Assembly: GCA_900617105.1 (NCBI GenBank)
Contig: UYFQ01000005.1
Coordinates: forward strand, 1 to 64,000
Length of the DNA: 64,000 nucleotides
Source of the DNA: Hydrurus foetidus
Lineage: Eukaryota
Direction: 5' to 3'
Positions within the stretch are counted from its first letter, which is position 1. Every line of letters starts with the position of its first letter. Positions 1-8,979 of this stretch are shown piece after piece. The notes under the pieces are model-generated. The model was not told where the DNA came from. It saw nothing but the letters and a program-made list of their open reading frames with translations, and made no database searches. The position numbers and the translations under genes were made by a program.

Positions 1-1
1 T

Positions 2-73
2 ATAGTTCCAGACAATCACCCAAGCAATCCAACACCAGAAGAATTAAATGATATTTTTGGCTTTAATGACTAA
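2..73 (+). CDS. 3' end of an unknown ORF entering from the left (...IVPDNHPSNPTPEELNDIFGFND*)
   Basis: Open frame to TAA at 71-73, immediately followed by a terminator. Confidence 0.5.
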   Translation: MVPDNHPSNPTPEELNDIFGFND

Positions 74-93
74 TCCCCGAAAGGGGATTTTTT
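72..93 (+). terminator. Intrinsic terminator
   Basis: AATCCCC-GAAA-GGGGATT stem-loop followed by T run. Confidence 0.8.
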
Positions 94-153
94 ACGACCC
101 AATAGAAGTAAAGCAATCACAAGTCAAGCTTAGAAAAAACTCACCCAACCCCT

Positions 154-287
154 TCATGGAAGCCCCATAGAGCTTGATTAACAAGGCTTCGCGCTATGTC
201 ATTGAAGCACCTCATGGAAGCCCCTAAAAATCTCATGGAAGCCTCATAGGGCTTGATTAACAAGGCTTCGCGCTATGTCGTTGAAGC
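154..287. repeat. Iteron-like direct repeats
   Basis: 55-bp repeat at 154-208 and 233-287 (3 mismatches); TCATGGAAGCC at 154, 212 and 233; AT-rich tract follows. Confidence 0.75.
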
Positions 288-314
288 CCTCTTCGTATGT
301 TTGATAAAGAATGT

Positions 315-342
315 TTGACATTCTGCACCTTGTATCAATAAT
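315..342 (+). promoter_or_regulatory. Candidate sigma70 promoter
   Basis: TTGACA (315-320), 16 nt, AATAAT (337-342). Confidence 0.45.
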
Positions 343-441
343 TCTTCTACTCAATACATACCATTCAGTAAATATATATTAGACATTACTAACCTAGAAT
401 TAAAAATAATTTCCCAGCGCGAAAATTTACACATACAAATT

Positions 442-469
442 AAAAGCCACTCAATGAGTGGCTTTTTTT
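442..469. terminator. Bidirectional intrinsic terminator
   Basis: AAAAGCCACTC-AAT-GAGTGGCTTTT with A and T tails. Confidence 0.85.
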
Positions 470-512
470 ATTTCGGAAGGACACGGCGAGCGGCCCCCTT
501 TTCACTACGTGA

Positions 513-896
513 TTAACTATTAGAAAAATTACTCCATTGGTCATCGAGAATTTTTTCTTCCTTCTGATCTGAACTGCAATTTAATTCAACCAGATCAATC
601 ATAGTTGCTTCAATTTCTTTTCCATGTGAGTTAGAAAGCTGAATTAATTTTTCATACACTTCTTCGCCAAGAACTTTTTTTAATATTGTAAGTTTTTGCT
701 TTTTTTCTTTTTCAATAAAAATATCAACTGCATTTCTTACGACCAACGACATATTTAAACCATTTAGATCAACATGCTCTTTACTCAAATAATCAACCTG
801 GTCAACTCTTAAAAATACAGAAATCTTTATGTGCTCTTTTTCAAATTTGCTTTTGTTTTTCTCTTTAATGCTTTTTTCTTGTTCCAAATTTTCCAT
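513..896 (-). CDS. Ribbon-helix-helix (CopG/Arc-like) DNA-binding protein, possibly two RHH units
   Basis: ATG at 896 with AAGGAG RBS; KISVFL strand followed by helices ending NMSLVVRNAVDIFIE. Confidence 0.55.
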   Translation of the reverse strand: MENLEQEKSIKEKNKSKFEKEHIKISVFLRVDQVDYLSKEHVDLNGLNMSLVVRNAVDIFIEKEKKQKLTILKKVLGEEVYEKLIQLSNSHGKEIEATMIDLVELNCSSDQKEEKILDDQWSNFSNS

Positions 897-956
897 AAAT
901 TCTCCTTGAATGTAATTTAATAATAACAACTCAAAAAGAAAGAACAAGATTAAAAG

Positions 957-1198
957 GCTATCGACCTCGGATTAAAGAAGACAGGAACCTTTTGTCTTCG
1001 ACACCTTCCAAAATATCTAAAAAATAAATCGGCTTAAAGAAGATAGAAAATATTATTTAATCAGACAACACAAAAAGCAATAGGATTAAATCAGACACGA
1101 GCCTTTTGTCTTCGACACTATTTAAAAAAATCTAAAAAATCAGTCGGATTGAAGAATATTAATTCCTTGTTTTTTGTCTTCTTAAATCAGCTATCGAC
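957..1198. repeat. Repeat cluster between the RHH gene and mobC
   Basis: CCTTTTGTCTTCGACAC at 988 and 1102; ATCTAAAAAAT at 1015 and 1130; TCGG(A/C)TT(A/G)AAGAA at 967, 1029, 1144; GCTATCGAC at 957 and 1190. Confidence 0.75.
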
Positions 1199-1212
1199 TT
1201 TTTTAAAGACTA

Positions 1213-1240
1213 TTTACAATCACAAATAAAACCCTATGAT
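1213..1240 (+). promoter_or_regulatory. Candidate sigma70 promoter of the mob operon
   Basis: TTTACA (1213-1218), 16 nt, TATGAT (1235-1240). Confidence 0.55.
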
Positions 1241-1260
1241 TAAAACAAGAAGAAAAATTA

Positions 1261-1360
1261 GTTTCAAGCAAGGCTACTAGCTGATACGGGCTAAAATAAT
1301 TTTCAATTATTTTCCCCTTTCAGTTAGACTTTTCTGGGGTTCCCCCAGTCCCCTTTTAAG
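1261..1360. other. Candidate oriT
   Basis: Position upstream of mobC typical of MOBP-clade elements; GC-richer patch with GCAAG and a CTGGGG/CCCCAG inverted repeat; nic site not pinned. Confidence 0.35.
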
Positions 1361-1402
1361 AAATTAATTCACTTTGAATAAAAATAAAAACAAAGGTGCA
1401 TT

Positions 1403-1843
1403 ATGGAAGGCGAAAATAAAAAAATATGTAAGCCAAAAATCAAGTCAGGAAGAACTAACGATGACCACACTTATAAAAGAACATACAGTCTTGACATTAA
1501 ATTAAGTCCATACGAAAAGGAATTAATTGAAAATAAGTATGATCAAGCTGGTTTCAATTCAATGTCTTCTTACGTCAGACATTGTATTTTTGACGGAACA
1601 GAAGAAAGAATTGATAATTTTTTAAGTGAAAGATTTAATTTCAAAATCTTACAGCAACCCTTTTTGACCGAATTAAATCGAATCGGAAGCAATGCCAACC
1701 AGTTAACCAGAAAAGTAAATTCAAATAAATTTATCACAAAAGAAGATAAGAATTTCATAAATAATCAACTTGATTTATTCATTGGCGATATGAAAGCGAT
1801 TAAAGATTTGATCGAATCACAAACTGAAAGTCATAAAAAATAA
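1403..1843 (+). CDS. mobC: Plasmid mobilization relaxosome protein MobC
   Basis: N-terminal RHH (SMSSYVR) and MobC signature ELNRIGSNANQLTRKVN. Confidence 0.9.
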   Translation: MEGENKKICKPKIKSGRTNDDHTYKRTYSLDIKLSPYEKELIENKYDQAGFNSMSSYVRHCIFDGTEERIDNFLSERFNFKILQQPFLTELNRIGSNANQLTRKVNSNKFITKEDKNFINNQLDLFIGDMKAIKDLIESQTESHKK

Positions 1844-1853
1844 AGGTGTTTTT

Positions 1854-3197
1854 ATGGCTGTAATGAGTTTCAACCCAAAATCTAAATCAATAATGAGTGC
1901 CGTGAATTATTTTGAATCTGATATTGATCACGAAAACAAAATTAGAAAATTTAAACCTATCCCAGTTTTTGGTGATAGAGATCGCATTGAGAAAATCGAA
2001 AAGTTAGCCAAAGAATCTGGAATTGAAAACACACACACTTCTTTAACAATTTCTTTTCGTGATAATGAATTTTCACAATTCAAAAATCCAGACGGATCAT
2101 TTGATCAAGAAAAAATGATTCCAGTAATGAAAGAAATTATTAAAGATTTTCGTGAAACTTGGTTCCCAGGAATGAAGAACGATGAAAATTTTTGTGACTT
2201 CTGGAACATTCACACCGACAAAGGAAACATTGAATTAAATTGTGCCTTCTTAAAAATGGAATTAACTACAGGAAAAGCTTTTAATCCTTTTCCACCTGGT
2301 CAATTAAATATTGACATGAGGGATTGTTATGTTGATTTACTCAATGATAAATTCGGCTTCGATAGAAAAATCAGCAATCCTTTTTCAATTTTTCATAATG
2401 ATATGGAATTGAAGGACATACAGAATCCAAGTGAAACAGCCAAAAGATTTAAAGAAGTCGTCAAACCGAAAAAATATGAAATCCAAAAATACTTAACAAG
2501 TCAAATTCTTGATAATAAAATTAATTCAAGAGAAGAATTGATTAAAACTTTACAAAAACATGGTGAAGTTAAATTTCTGGATAAGGAAGAAGATAAAACT
2601 AAATATAACTATATTTCATTTATTCCAGAGGGTTCAGAAAAAGCTATCCGTCTTGATGGTCCAATGTTTAAAAAAAATGCTGACTTTAATGAATTAAGAA
2701 TCGAGCATAAAACCAATCAGGATATGGAAAAAGATGACTCTTTAAAGCAACTTTCAGATAAAGAAAGAACTTCAAAACAAGATAAGTTAAACAAGCATAA
2801 AGAAATTCAGAAGGGTTTTAATGAAAAATTAAAAAACTCTGGTGTTAAGAATGTTAAAAAAAATGCTGGTAGAAAATATTTACCCAAAAGTAAACAGTCT
2901 AAAAAGTTGAGTAATAATAAAAATATTTCTAGTGTTAAAAATCAACCTCAAAAGCAATCAGTTCAAAAAAGTGAAACTGCTCTTACAGTTGAAGATAAAC
3001 AGCTACAAGATCCGAATGTGTCAGGCTCAATTAAAGACGCCATGATTGCAGGCAAAACAGCTGAAACTGAAGCAAATAAAAATAAAATAACACAAGAAAA
3101 AAAGGATCAGAAGATTGCAAAAAAACCTAGTGAGCCAATAATAATTAAATCAGATAGTAAAGATAAAGAATCTAAAAATACAGGTTCTAAACCTTAA
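1854..3197 (+). CDS. Relaxase, MOB_HEN (ColE1 MbeA-like) type; ends at a probable premature TAA
   Basis: N-terminal Tyr (SAVNYF); HEN motif HTDKGNIELN followed by ELTTGK; IRLDG motif; directly after mobC. Confidence 0.85.
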   Translation: MAVMSFNPKSKSIMSAVNYFESDIDHENKIRKFKPIPVFGDRDRIEKIEKLAKESGIENTHTSLTISFRDNEFSQFKNPDGSFDQEKMIPVMKEIIKDFRETWFPGMKNDENFCDFWNIHTDKGNIELNCAFLKMELTTGKAFNPFPPGQLNIDMRDCYVDLLNDKFGFDRKISNPFSIFHNDMELKDIQNPSETAKRFKEVVKPKKYEIQKYLTSQILDNKINSREELIKTLQKHGEVKFLDKEEDKTKYNYISFIPEGSEKAIRLDGPMFKKNADFNELRIEHKTNQDMEKDDSLKQLSDKERTSKQDKLNKHKEIQKGFNEKLKNSGVKNVKKNAGRKYLPKSKQSKKLSNNKNISSVKNQPQKQSVQKSETALTVEDKQLQDPNVSGSIKDAMIAGKTAETEANKNKITQEKKDQKIAKKPSEPIIIKSDSKDKESKNTGSKP

Positions 3198-3488
3198 ATA
3201 TCTGCTTTTAGTCAAGTCGCTACAAGTTCAAGTGCTCTATTGTTGACGGTTCAAATTAATCAAGTTTTATTTTCAAAATTAAATTTAGAATTACAGATCG
3301 GAAGTTTAAGCATATTTAAAGAATCCGATATTAAGAAAATTTTTGAACTCAAACAAAAAATTGCTGAACTAGAACAACAAATTTCAGTTTTAAAAGCCAA
3401 ACAAGAACAAGCAATTGAAGCAGAACTGATCAATCAAAATGCTAACAGGTTTAAAAATAGCAATAGTTCAATGAAATTTAGAATTTAA
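3198..3488 (+). pseudogene. In-frame C-terminal remainder of the relaxase
   Basis: Same frame as 1854..3197 with no stop between 3198 and 3485. Confidence 0.6.
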
Positions 3489-3679
3489 TTCCTACTTCAT
3501 TTATGCGTTGCAAAAATAAAGCAGGCCTGCTTAAAAACACCCCATAGGAATGGTTTAAACAGCTTTTGAGCCGTTTTTCACGTAGTGGCGTAGGTCTGGA
3601 CCAGCTCGCCTGGGTCCTTCTACTCGTGAGGTTCCTGGGAACCGGCGCCAGCCAAAGGGATCAGCACAGTGATCAATTC

Positions 3680-3768
3680 ACCAATTAAAGAACCAATAAA
3701 AAAGAGCCAATAAAATTGACTCTATATAGATCAATAACTTAGATCACTTTTGGTTGTAAATTAACAAC
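3680..3768. other. att-like end of the element
   Basis: (A/G)CCAAT at 3680, 3692, 3706; IHF-like GATCAATAACTTA 3729-3741; GTTGT-N6-ACAAC 3753-3768. Confidence 0.5.
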
Positions 3769-3780
3769 GCATGACGTTTC

Positions 3781-3843
3781 CTAAGACCAGAAGCAGCCGC
3801 CACCCAGGGTGATGGTTTCGGTGGCAGGGTTCAAATTTTCCAT
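3781..3843 (-). pseudogene. msrA: 5' stub of peptide methionine sulfoxide reductase MsrA
   Basis: Translates MENLNPATETITLGGGCFWS*; GGGCFW is the MsrA active-site motif; stop two codons later. Confidence 0.85.
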
Positions 3844-3916
3844 CTTGGGCTTTCAAAAAGAGTTGATGTATGTTGGCAGGTGTCGGTACACAGCCGTCGC
3901 CCCCAAGGGGCTTTTC

Positions 3917-4810
3917 TTACACCTCAGCCGCTTTCACGGCCCCTAAAAACGATACCAGTGGCGCATTGTCGCGCTTGGTTTTCCACAGGCAGTAGGTGTC
4001 GTAAGGTGCAGCCGGGGTGTCGGCGGTCGCGGTCAAAGGGATGAAAACGGTGTTGGCAAGACCAGATTCGCGCAGCGCCTCGGGCACCAATGCCACGCCT
4101 AAACCTTGCGACACCAGGGATACGACACTGAGCCAGTGCCGAAGTTCATAGCGCAAGTCAGGGTGAAAGCCTGCCGCCGTACACAGCGCCACGATGCGCT
4201 CGTGGTAGTCGGGCGAGACGGCCCGGGCCACGGTGGCAAAGGGGTAGCCTTCCAACTCGCGCAAGGCCAGCGTGGGGCGGCTCGCCAAGGGGTGGGTGGC
4301 GGGCAAGCAGCCGACGAAAGGCTGGCGGGCCACCAGGATACGAGACAGCTCGGGGGGCACCTGGGTGGTGTGGACGAAGCCCACGTCCAGCCTTTCGTGC
4401 GACAGCTCGATCAACTGGTCTTGCGAACTGAGTTCGCGCAGCAGTACCCGCAGCTCAGGGTGTTGCGCCTGAAACTGGCGCAACATTTGCGGCAAGCCCC
4501 GGTACAGCATGGCACCGACAAAACCAATCTGCAAGCGCCCTACCAGCCCCCGCTCCACGTCACGGGCATGGCGGGCAGCTTCTTGGGCTTGTTCCAGCAG
4601 TGCACGGGCTTTGGGCACGAAGGCGGTACCGGCGGCGGTCAAACGCACCTCGCGGCTGCTGCGGGTGAACAACCGGGCCCCTACCGAGGCTTCCAGCTGC
4701 TGGATGTTGAGGCTGAGCGGGGGCTGCGACATCGACAAGCGCTCGGCCGCACGGCCAAAGTGCAGCTCTTCGGCCAGAGCAAGAAAGTAGCGGAGGTGGC
4801 GGAATTCCAT
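3917..4810 (-). CDS. LysR-family regulator
   Basis: MEFRHLRYFLALAEELHFGRAA HTH; divergent from catabolic operon. Confidence 0.95.
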   Translation of the reverse strand: MEFRHLRYFLALAEELHFGRAAERLSMSQPPLSLNIQQLEASVGARLFTRSSREVRLTAAGTAFVPKARALLEQAQEAARHARDVERGLVGRLQIGFVGAMLYRGLPQMLRQFQAQHPELRVLLRELSSQDQLIELSHERLDVGFVHTTQVPPELSRILVARQPFVGCLPATHPLASRPTLALRELEGYPFATVARAVSPDYHERIVALCTAAGFHPDLRYELRHWLSVVSLVSQGLGVALVPEALRESGLANTVFIPLTATADTPAAPYDTYCLWKTKRDNAPLVSFLGAVKAAEV

Positions 4811-4830
4811 GGGTTACTTGAGGTTTATGA

Positions 4831-4845
4831 ATATGAAAATTATAT
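4831..4845. promoter_or_regulatory. LysR-type T-N11-A box
   Basis: ATATGAAAATTATAT dyad in the divergent intergenic region. Confidence 0.55.
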
Positions 4846-4919
4846 GGATAAAGACATATTTGCTATTGGACAACTATGGATAGCCGCCCAATAATCCGCC
4901 CACAGGAGACACACCGGCC

Positions 4920-6656
4920 ATGACTTCCAGCACCCTCAGCGCACCACGCACCGCACCCACAGCCCCCGCTGTACCCGATCAGCACGGTGCCAACCTCTAC
5001 ACCAGCGACTCTGGCCTGCAAGCGCTGCTGTCAGTCTACTTATCCCCCGATGTGCTGGCCCACCTCACGCCGCTACTCCAACGGCTAGGTGCGTTGGCCG
5101 GGGGGCGGCTGGACGGCTTGGCCCACACTGCAGACACCAACCCACCAGAACTGGCCCACCGTACCCGCTCGGGCCAGGACGTGCAGCACATCATCAAGCA
5201 CCCGGCCTATGTGGAGATGGAACGGCTGGCGTTCGGTGACTTCGCGCTGGCCGCGATGTCGCACCGCAGCGACGTGCTGGGCTGGCCCGGCCAGCTGCCC
5301 AACACGGTGAAATACGCGCTGACTTACCTGTTTGTGCAAGCCGAGTTTGGGCTGTGCTGCCCGGTGTCCATGACCGATTCGCTGACCCGCACGTTGAAAA
5401 AGTTTGGCTCAGCCGAACTGGTTGAGCGCTATCTGCCTGCCTTGACCAGCCTGAACCTGGACGAACTGGCGCAAGGGGCGATGTTCATGACCGAGCAAGC
5501 GGCAGGGTCTGACATATCTGCTACTGAAACTATAGCTACACCTGCACATGACATAAAGGGTTCGTGGCTTTTGACAGGCGATAAATGGTTTTGCTCCAAC
5601 CCCGATGCCGCGCTGGCGATGGTGTTGGCGCATGTGGACGGTGGCCCGGCGGGCATGAAAGGCGTGTCGCTGTTCCTGTTGCCGCGCACCTTACCGGATG
5701 GCACGGCCAACAGCTACCGCATCGTCCGGCTCAAGGATAAGCTGGGCACGCGCTCAATGGCAAGTGGCGAGATTCGGCTGGAGGGCGCACGGGCGTGGCT
5801 GGTGGGCGAACAAGGGCGTGGCTTTGTGCAAATGGCCGACATGGTGAACAACTCGCGCCTCTCGAACGGCGTGCGGGCAGCAGGGCTGATGCGCCGTGCT
5901 GTCAGCGAGGCGTTTTTCATAGCCCGCCACCGTGTCGCCTTTGGCAAAACGCTGGTGGAAATGCCGCTGATGCGCCGACAGTTGCTCAAACTGCTGCTTC
6001 CCAGCGAACAGGCCCGCACGATGGTGTTTCAGACTGCACAAGCGCTGCGCTTGGCCGATGGCGGGGATGCCGAAGCTGCGCCACTGGCCCGCATCCTCAC
6101 CCCGCTCATCAAATTCCGCGCTTGCCGGGATGCCCGCAAGGTGACGGGCGACGCGATGGAAGTGCGTGGCGGCTGCGGCTATATCGAAGAATGGAGCGAC
6201 CCGCGCTTGGTGCGGGACGCGCATTTAGGCTCCATCTGGGAAGGCACCAGCAACATCGTGGCGCTGGACGTGGTCCGTGCCATCCGGCGTGAAAACGCCC
6301 TCACCGCCTTGCAGGCCCATTGGCAGCATTTGCTGGAAGCATCCACAAGCACAGTGGATGCGCCACTGCGCAGCAGCTTGCAGCAGCTGATGGCGCAAAC
6401 CGCTGCGCTAGCGAACACGGCGGTGGCCGATGGCGGCGAAGTGCTGGCACGGCGTGCGGCCTCGGCGCTCTACCACCTCACCAGCGCCATAGCGATGGTG
6501 TGGGAAGCCGCCCAAATGGCGGCACCCGCAGCACACCAGCATCGGGCTCAGCGCCTGCAACTGGCCCGCTGGGTGGTGCAGCACCGCTTGCTGCCGCAAG
6601 ACCCGCTGAGCGCTGCGCTGCCCGACGACGACGCCGCTGCGGCATTGTTTTTCTGA
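4920..6656 (+). CDS. Acyl-CoA dehydrogenase, AidB-like
   Basis: CPVSMTD, MFMTEQAAGSD, GDKWFCS, KDKLGTRSMASGE, IWEGTSN. Confidence 0.92.
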   Translation: MTSSTLSAPRTAPTAPAVPDQHGANLYTSDSGLQALLSVYLSPDVLAHLTPLLQRLGALAGGRLDGLAHTADTNPPELAHRTRSGQDVQHIIKHPAYVEMERLAFGDFALAAMSHRSDVLGWPGQLPNTVKYALTYLFVQAEFGLCCPVSMTDSLTRTLKKFGSAELVERYLPALTSLNLDELAQGAMFMTEQAAGSDISATETIATPAHDIKGSWLLTGDKWFCSNPDAALAMVLAHVDGGPAGMKGVSLFLLPRTLPDGTANSYRIVRLKDKLGTRSMASGEIRLEGARAWLVGEQGRGFVQMADMVNNSRLSNGVRAAGLMRRAVSEAFFIARHRVAFGKTLVEMPLMRRQLLKLLLPSEQARTMVFQTAQALRLADGGDAEAAPLARILTPLIKFRACRDARKVTGDAMEVRGGCGYIEEWSDPRLVRDAHLGSIWEGTSNIVALDVVRAIRRENALTALQAHWQHLLEASTSTVDAPLRSSLQQLMAQTAALANTAVADGGEVLARRAASALYHLTSAIAMVWEAAQMAAPAAHQHRAQRLQLARWVVQHRLLPQDPLSAALPDDDAAAALFF

Positions 6657-6684
6657 CCCCCACCTAGAACGCAAGGAGACAGCC

Positions 6685-7728
6685 ATGAGCCCCCAGAACA
6701 TCACCGGCCACCTCACCGGCCACATAACGCACAGCATCGACCGCAGAACCAGCCTCATCACCCTCGCGGGCCTTGCCGCTGGTGTCGCTGGCATGACGGC
6801 AACAGACCCAGCCAAAGCTCAGACCAGCTTTCCGCAAAAACCCGTCGTCCTGGTCGTGCCATTTCCGCCCGGTGGCCCCACCGATGCGATGGCGCGTACT
6901 TTGGCGAACGCGATGAAACCCCTCTTGAGCCAGCCTATGGTGGTGGACAACAAGGCTGGAGCCGGTGGCAACATCGGTGCGGAATACGTGGCCCGGGCCG
7001 AAGCCGATGGGCACACCCTCTTGTTTGGAACCTCGGGACCGCTGGCAATCAACGTCAGCCTGTACAACAAAATGGCGTATGACCCCGTAAAGAGCTTTAC
7101 GCCGGTCATCCAGATCGGCCATTTGCCCAACGTGCTGGTGGTACACCCGAGCATCCCTGCCAAAAACGTCAAGGAATTCATAGCCTATGCCAAGTCCAAC
7201 CCTGGCAAGCTCAGCTACGCCTCATCAGGCAACGGTGCATCGTCGCACCTGGCGGGCGTGCTGTTCAACCTGCGCACGGGCACGGACATCCAGCACATCC
7301 CCTACAAAGGCACCGGCCCCGCGCTCAATGACCTGTTGGGCGGCCAAGTGGCGATGGCGTTCACCGATGTGCTGACGGCAGCACCCCACATCAAAGCTGG
7401 AAAACTGCGCGTGCTGGGCCTCACATCAGCCACACCGTCTGCAGCTTTGCCCGGCGTTCCCACGCTCATGGCACAGGGCGTGAAAGACTTTGACGTGAGC
7501 GTGTTCTTTGGCATCGTCGCGCCTTCGGGTACGCCACAAGAGACGGTGACGCGCCTGAACGCTGCCTTTGTGCAGGTGCTGCAACAGCCCGAGGTGAAGG
7601 CCAATCTGGCCGCCCAAGGGCTGGAGCGCAGCGCCAAAACCACACCTGCCGATCTGGCGGTCTCCATCCGCAGCGAGGTCGCCAAGTGGCGCGACGTGGT
7701 GGCCGCGTCTGGGGCCAAGGTAGATTGA
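6685..7728 (+). CDS. Bug/TctC tripartite tricarboxylate transporter binding protein
   Basis: VPFPPGGPTD, NKAGAGGNIG, HIPYKG; twin-Arg-like signal. Confidence 0.95.
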   Translation: MSPQNITGHLTGHITHSIDRRTSLITLAGLAAGVAGMTATDPAKAQTSFPQKPVVLVVPFPPGGPTDAMARTLANAMKPLLSQPMVVDNKAGAGGNIGAEYVARAEADGHTLLFGTSGPLAINVSLYNKMAYDPVKSFTPVIQIGHLPNVLVVHPSIPAKNVKEFIAYAKSNPGKLSYASSGNGASSHLAGVLFNLRTGTDIQHIPYKGTGPALNDLLGGQVAMAFTDVLTAAPHIKAGKLRVLGLTSATPSAALPGVPTLMAQGVKDFDVSVFFGIVAPSGTPQETVTRLNAAFVQVLQQPEVKANLAAQGLERSAKTTPADLAVSIRSEVAKWRDVVAASGAKVD

Positions 7729-7741
7729 ACGACATTGAACG

Positions 7742-8890
7742 ATGACCCCCATGAACACAAACACCCCCTCAACGCCACCAGCCCAAGCACCTGAAGCCGC
7801 GCAAGGTGCCCTCGCAGGCATCCGCGTGATCGACCTTTCCCGCATCCTGGGTGGCCCCTACTGCGGCCAAATTTTGGGCGACCACGGTGCCGATGTGCTG
7901 AAGGTCGAGCCGCCACAAGGTGACGACACCCGCACCTGGGGGCCGCCCTTCAACAAAGACGGCGTAGCCTCGTACTACCACGGGCTGAACCGCAACAAAC
8001 TGGGGATGCGGCTGGATTTGGCCGATGCCGCTGGCCGCGAGGTGCTGATGGGCCTGCTGGCAGGCGCTGACGTGCTGATCGAAAATTTCAAAACCGGCAC
8101 GATGGAACGCTGGGGATTGGGCTACGACACGCTCGCACAACGCTTCCCACGGCTGGTGCATTGCCGCGTCAGTGGCTTCGGTGCCGATGGCCCGCTGGGT
8201 GGTCTGGCCGGGTACGACGCTGCCGTGCAGGCCATGACCGGCCTGATGAGCGTGAACGGTGAAGTCGGTGGCGATGCCCTGCGCGTGGGTTTGCCCATTG
8301 TGGACATGGTGACAGGCCTGAACGCCGCACTGGGTGTGCTACTGGCGCTACAAGAACGAGAGCGCAGCGGACGTGGCCAGTTCATCGAGTCCAGCCTCTA
8401 CGACAACGGCCTTTCGCTGCTGCACCCGCACGCGGCCAATTGGTTCATGAGCGGCAAGACCCCTGGGCGCACCGGTAACGCCCACCCCAACATTTACCCC
8501 TACGATGCGTTCAACACCTGCACCGTGCCCGTGTTTTTGGCTGTGGGCAATGACCGGCAGTTTCGCCAGATGTGCGATCTCTTGAAGGCAGACCATCTCA
8601 GCAACGAGGCCTGCTACGCCACGGCAGGCGGGCGCTCGCTCAACCGGGTAGAGCTGCGCGCCCAGCTGGAAGCCCTGTTCAGCCCGCTGGACGGCAACAC
8701 CTTGGCGCAAGACCTGATGAACGTGGGCGTGCCCTGTGCGCCCGTGCTCTCTGTGGCAGACGCTTTGCAGCACCCCCATACCACCCACCGTGAGATGGTG
8801 GTCAAGATAGGTGACAGCTACACCGGTGTCGGCTCACCCATCAAACTCAGCCGCACACCAGCCAGCTACCGCCACGCGCCGCCGGCCTAA
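7742..8890 (+). CDS. CaiB/BaiF class III CoA-transferase
   Basis: [32 protein letters not shown]. Confidence 0.95.
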   Translation: MTPMNTNTPSTPPAQAPEAAQGALAGIRVIDLSRILGGPYCGQILGDHGADVLKVEPPQGDDTRTWGPPFNKDGVASYYHGLNRNKLGMRLDLADAAGREVLMGLLAGADVLIENFKTGTMERWGLGYDTLAQRFPRLVHCRVSGFGADGPLGGLAGYDAAVQAMTGLMSVNGEVGGDALRVGLPIVDMVTGLNAALGVLLALQERERSGRGQFIESSLYDNGLSLLHPHAANWFMSGKTPGRTGNAHPNIYPYDAFNTCTVPVFLAVGNDRQFRQMCDLLKADHLSNEACYATAGGRSLNRVELRAQLEALFSPLDGNTLAQDLMNVGVPCAPVLSVADALQHPHTTHREMVVKIGDSYTGVGSPIKLSRTPASYRHAPPA

Positions 8891-8979
8891 ACCTGAGTGA
8901 CAGCGCCCGCAGTTTCCCCCGTAAACTTGACACCAACATCCTTTTTCACTTCACCTTTCACCCCCCAGGAGACCCCGCA

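Larger units (their letters stand above)
1..3780. mobile_element. Right part of an AT-rich integrated plasmid / integrative mobilizable element (left end outside window)
   Basis: Sharp AT-rich to GC-rich transition near 3780; mobC + relaxase, iteron-like repeats, att-like end next to truncated msrA. Confidence 0.8.

Noticed and set aside
154..287. Repeats as a mini-CRISPR
   Set aside because: Only two long copies and the intervening DNA is itself a partial repeat
503..3587. CACTACGTGA inverted pair (503-512, 3578-3587) as element ends or an f1-origin relic
   Set aside because: Only 10 bp and semi-palindromic, with no target duplication or other f1 sequence
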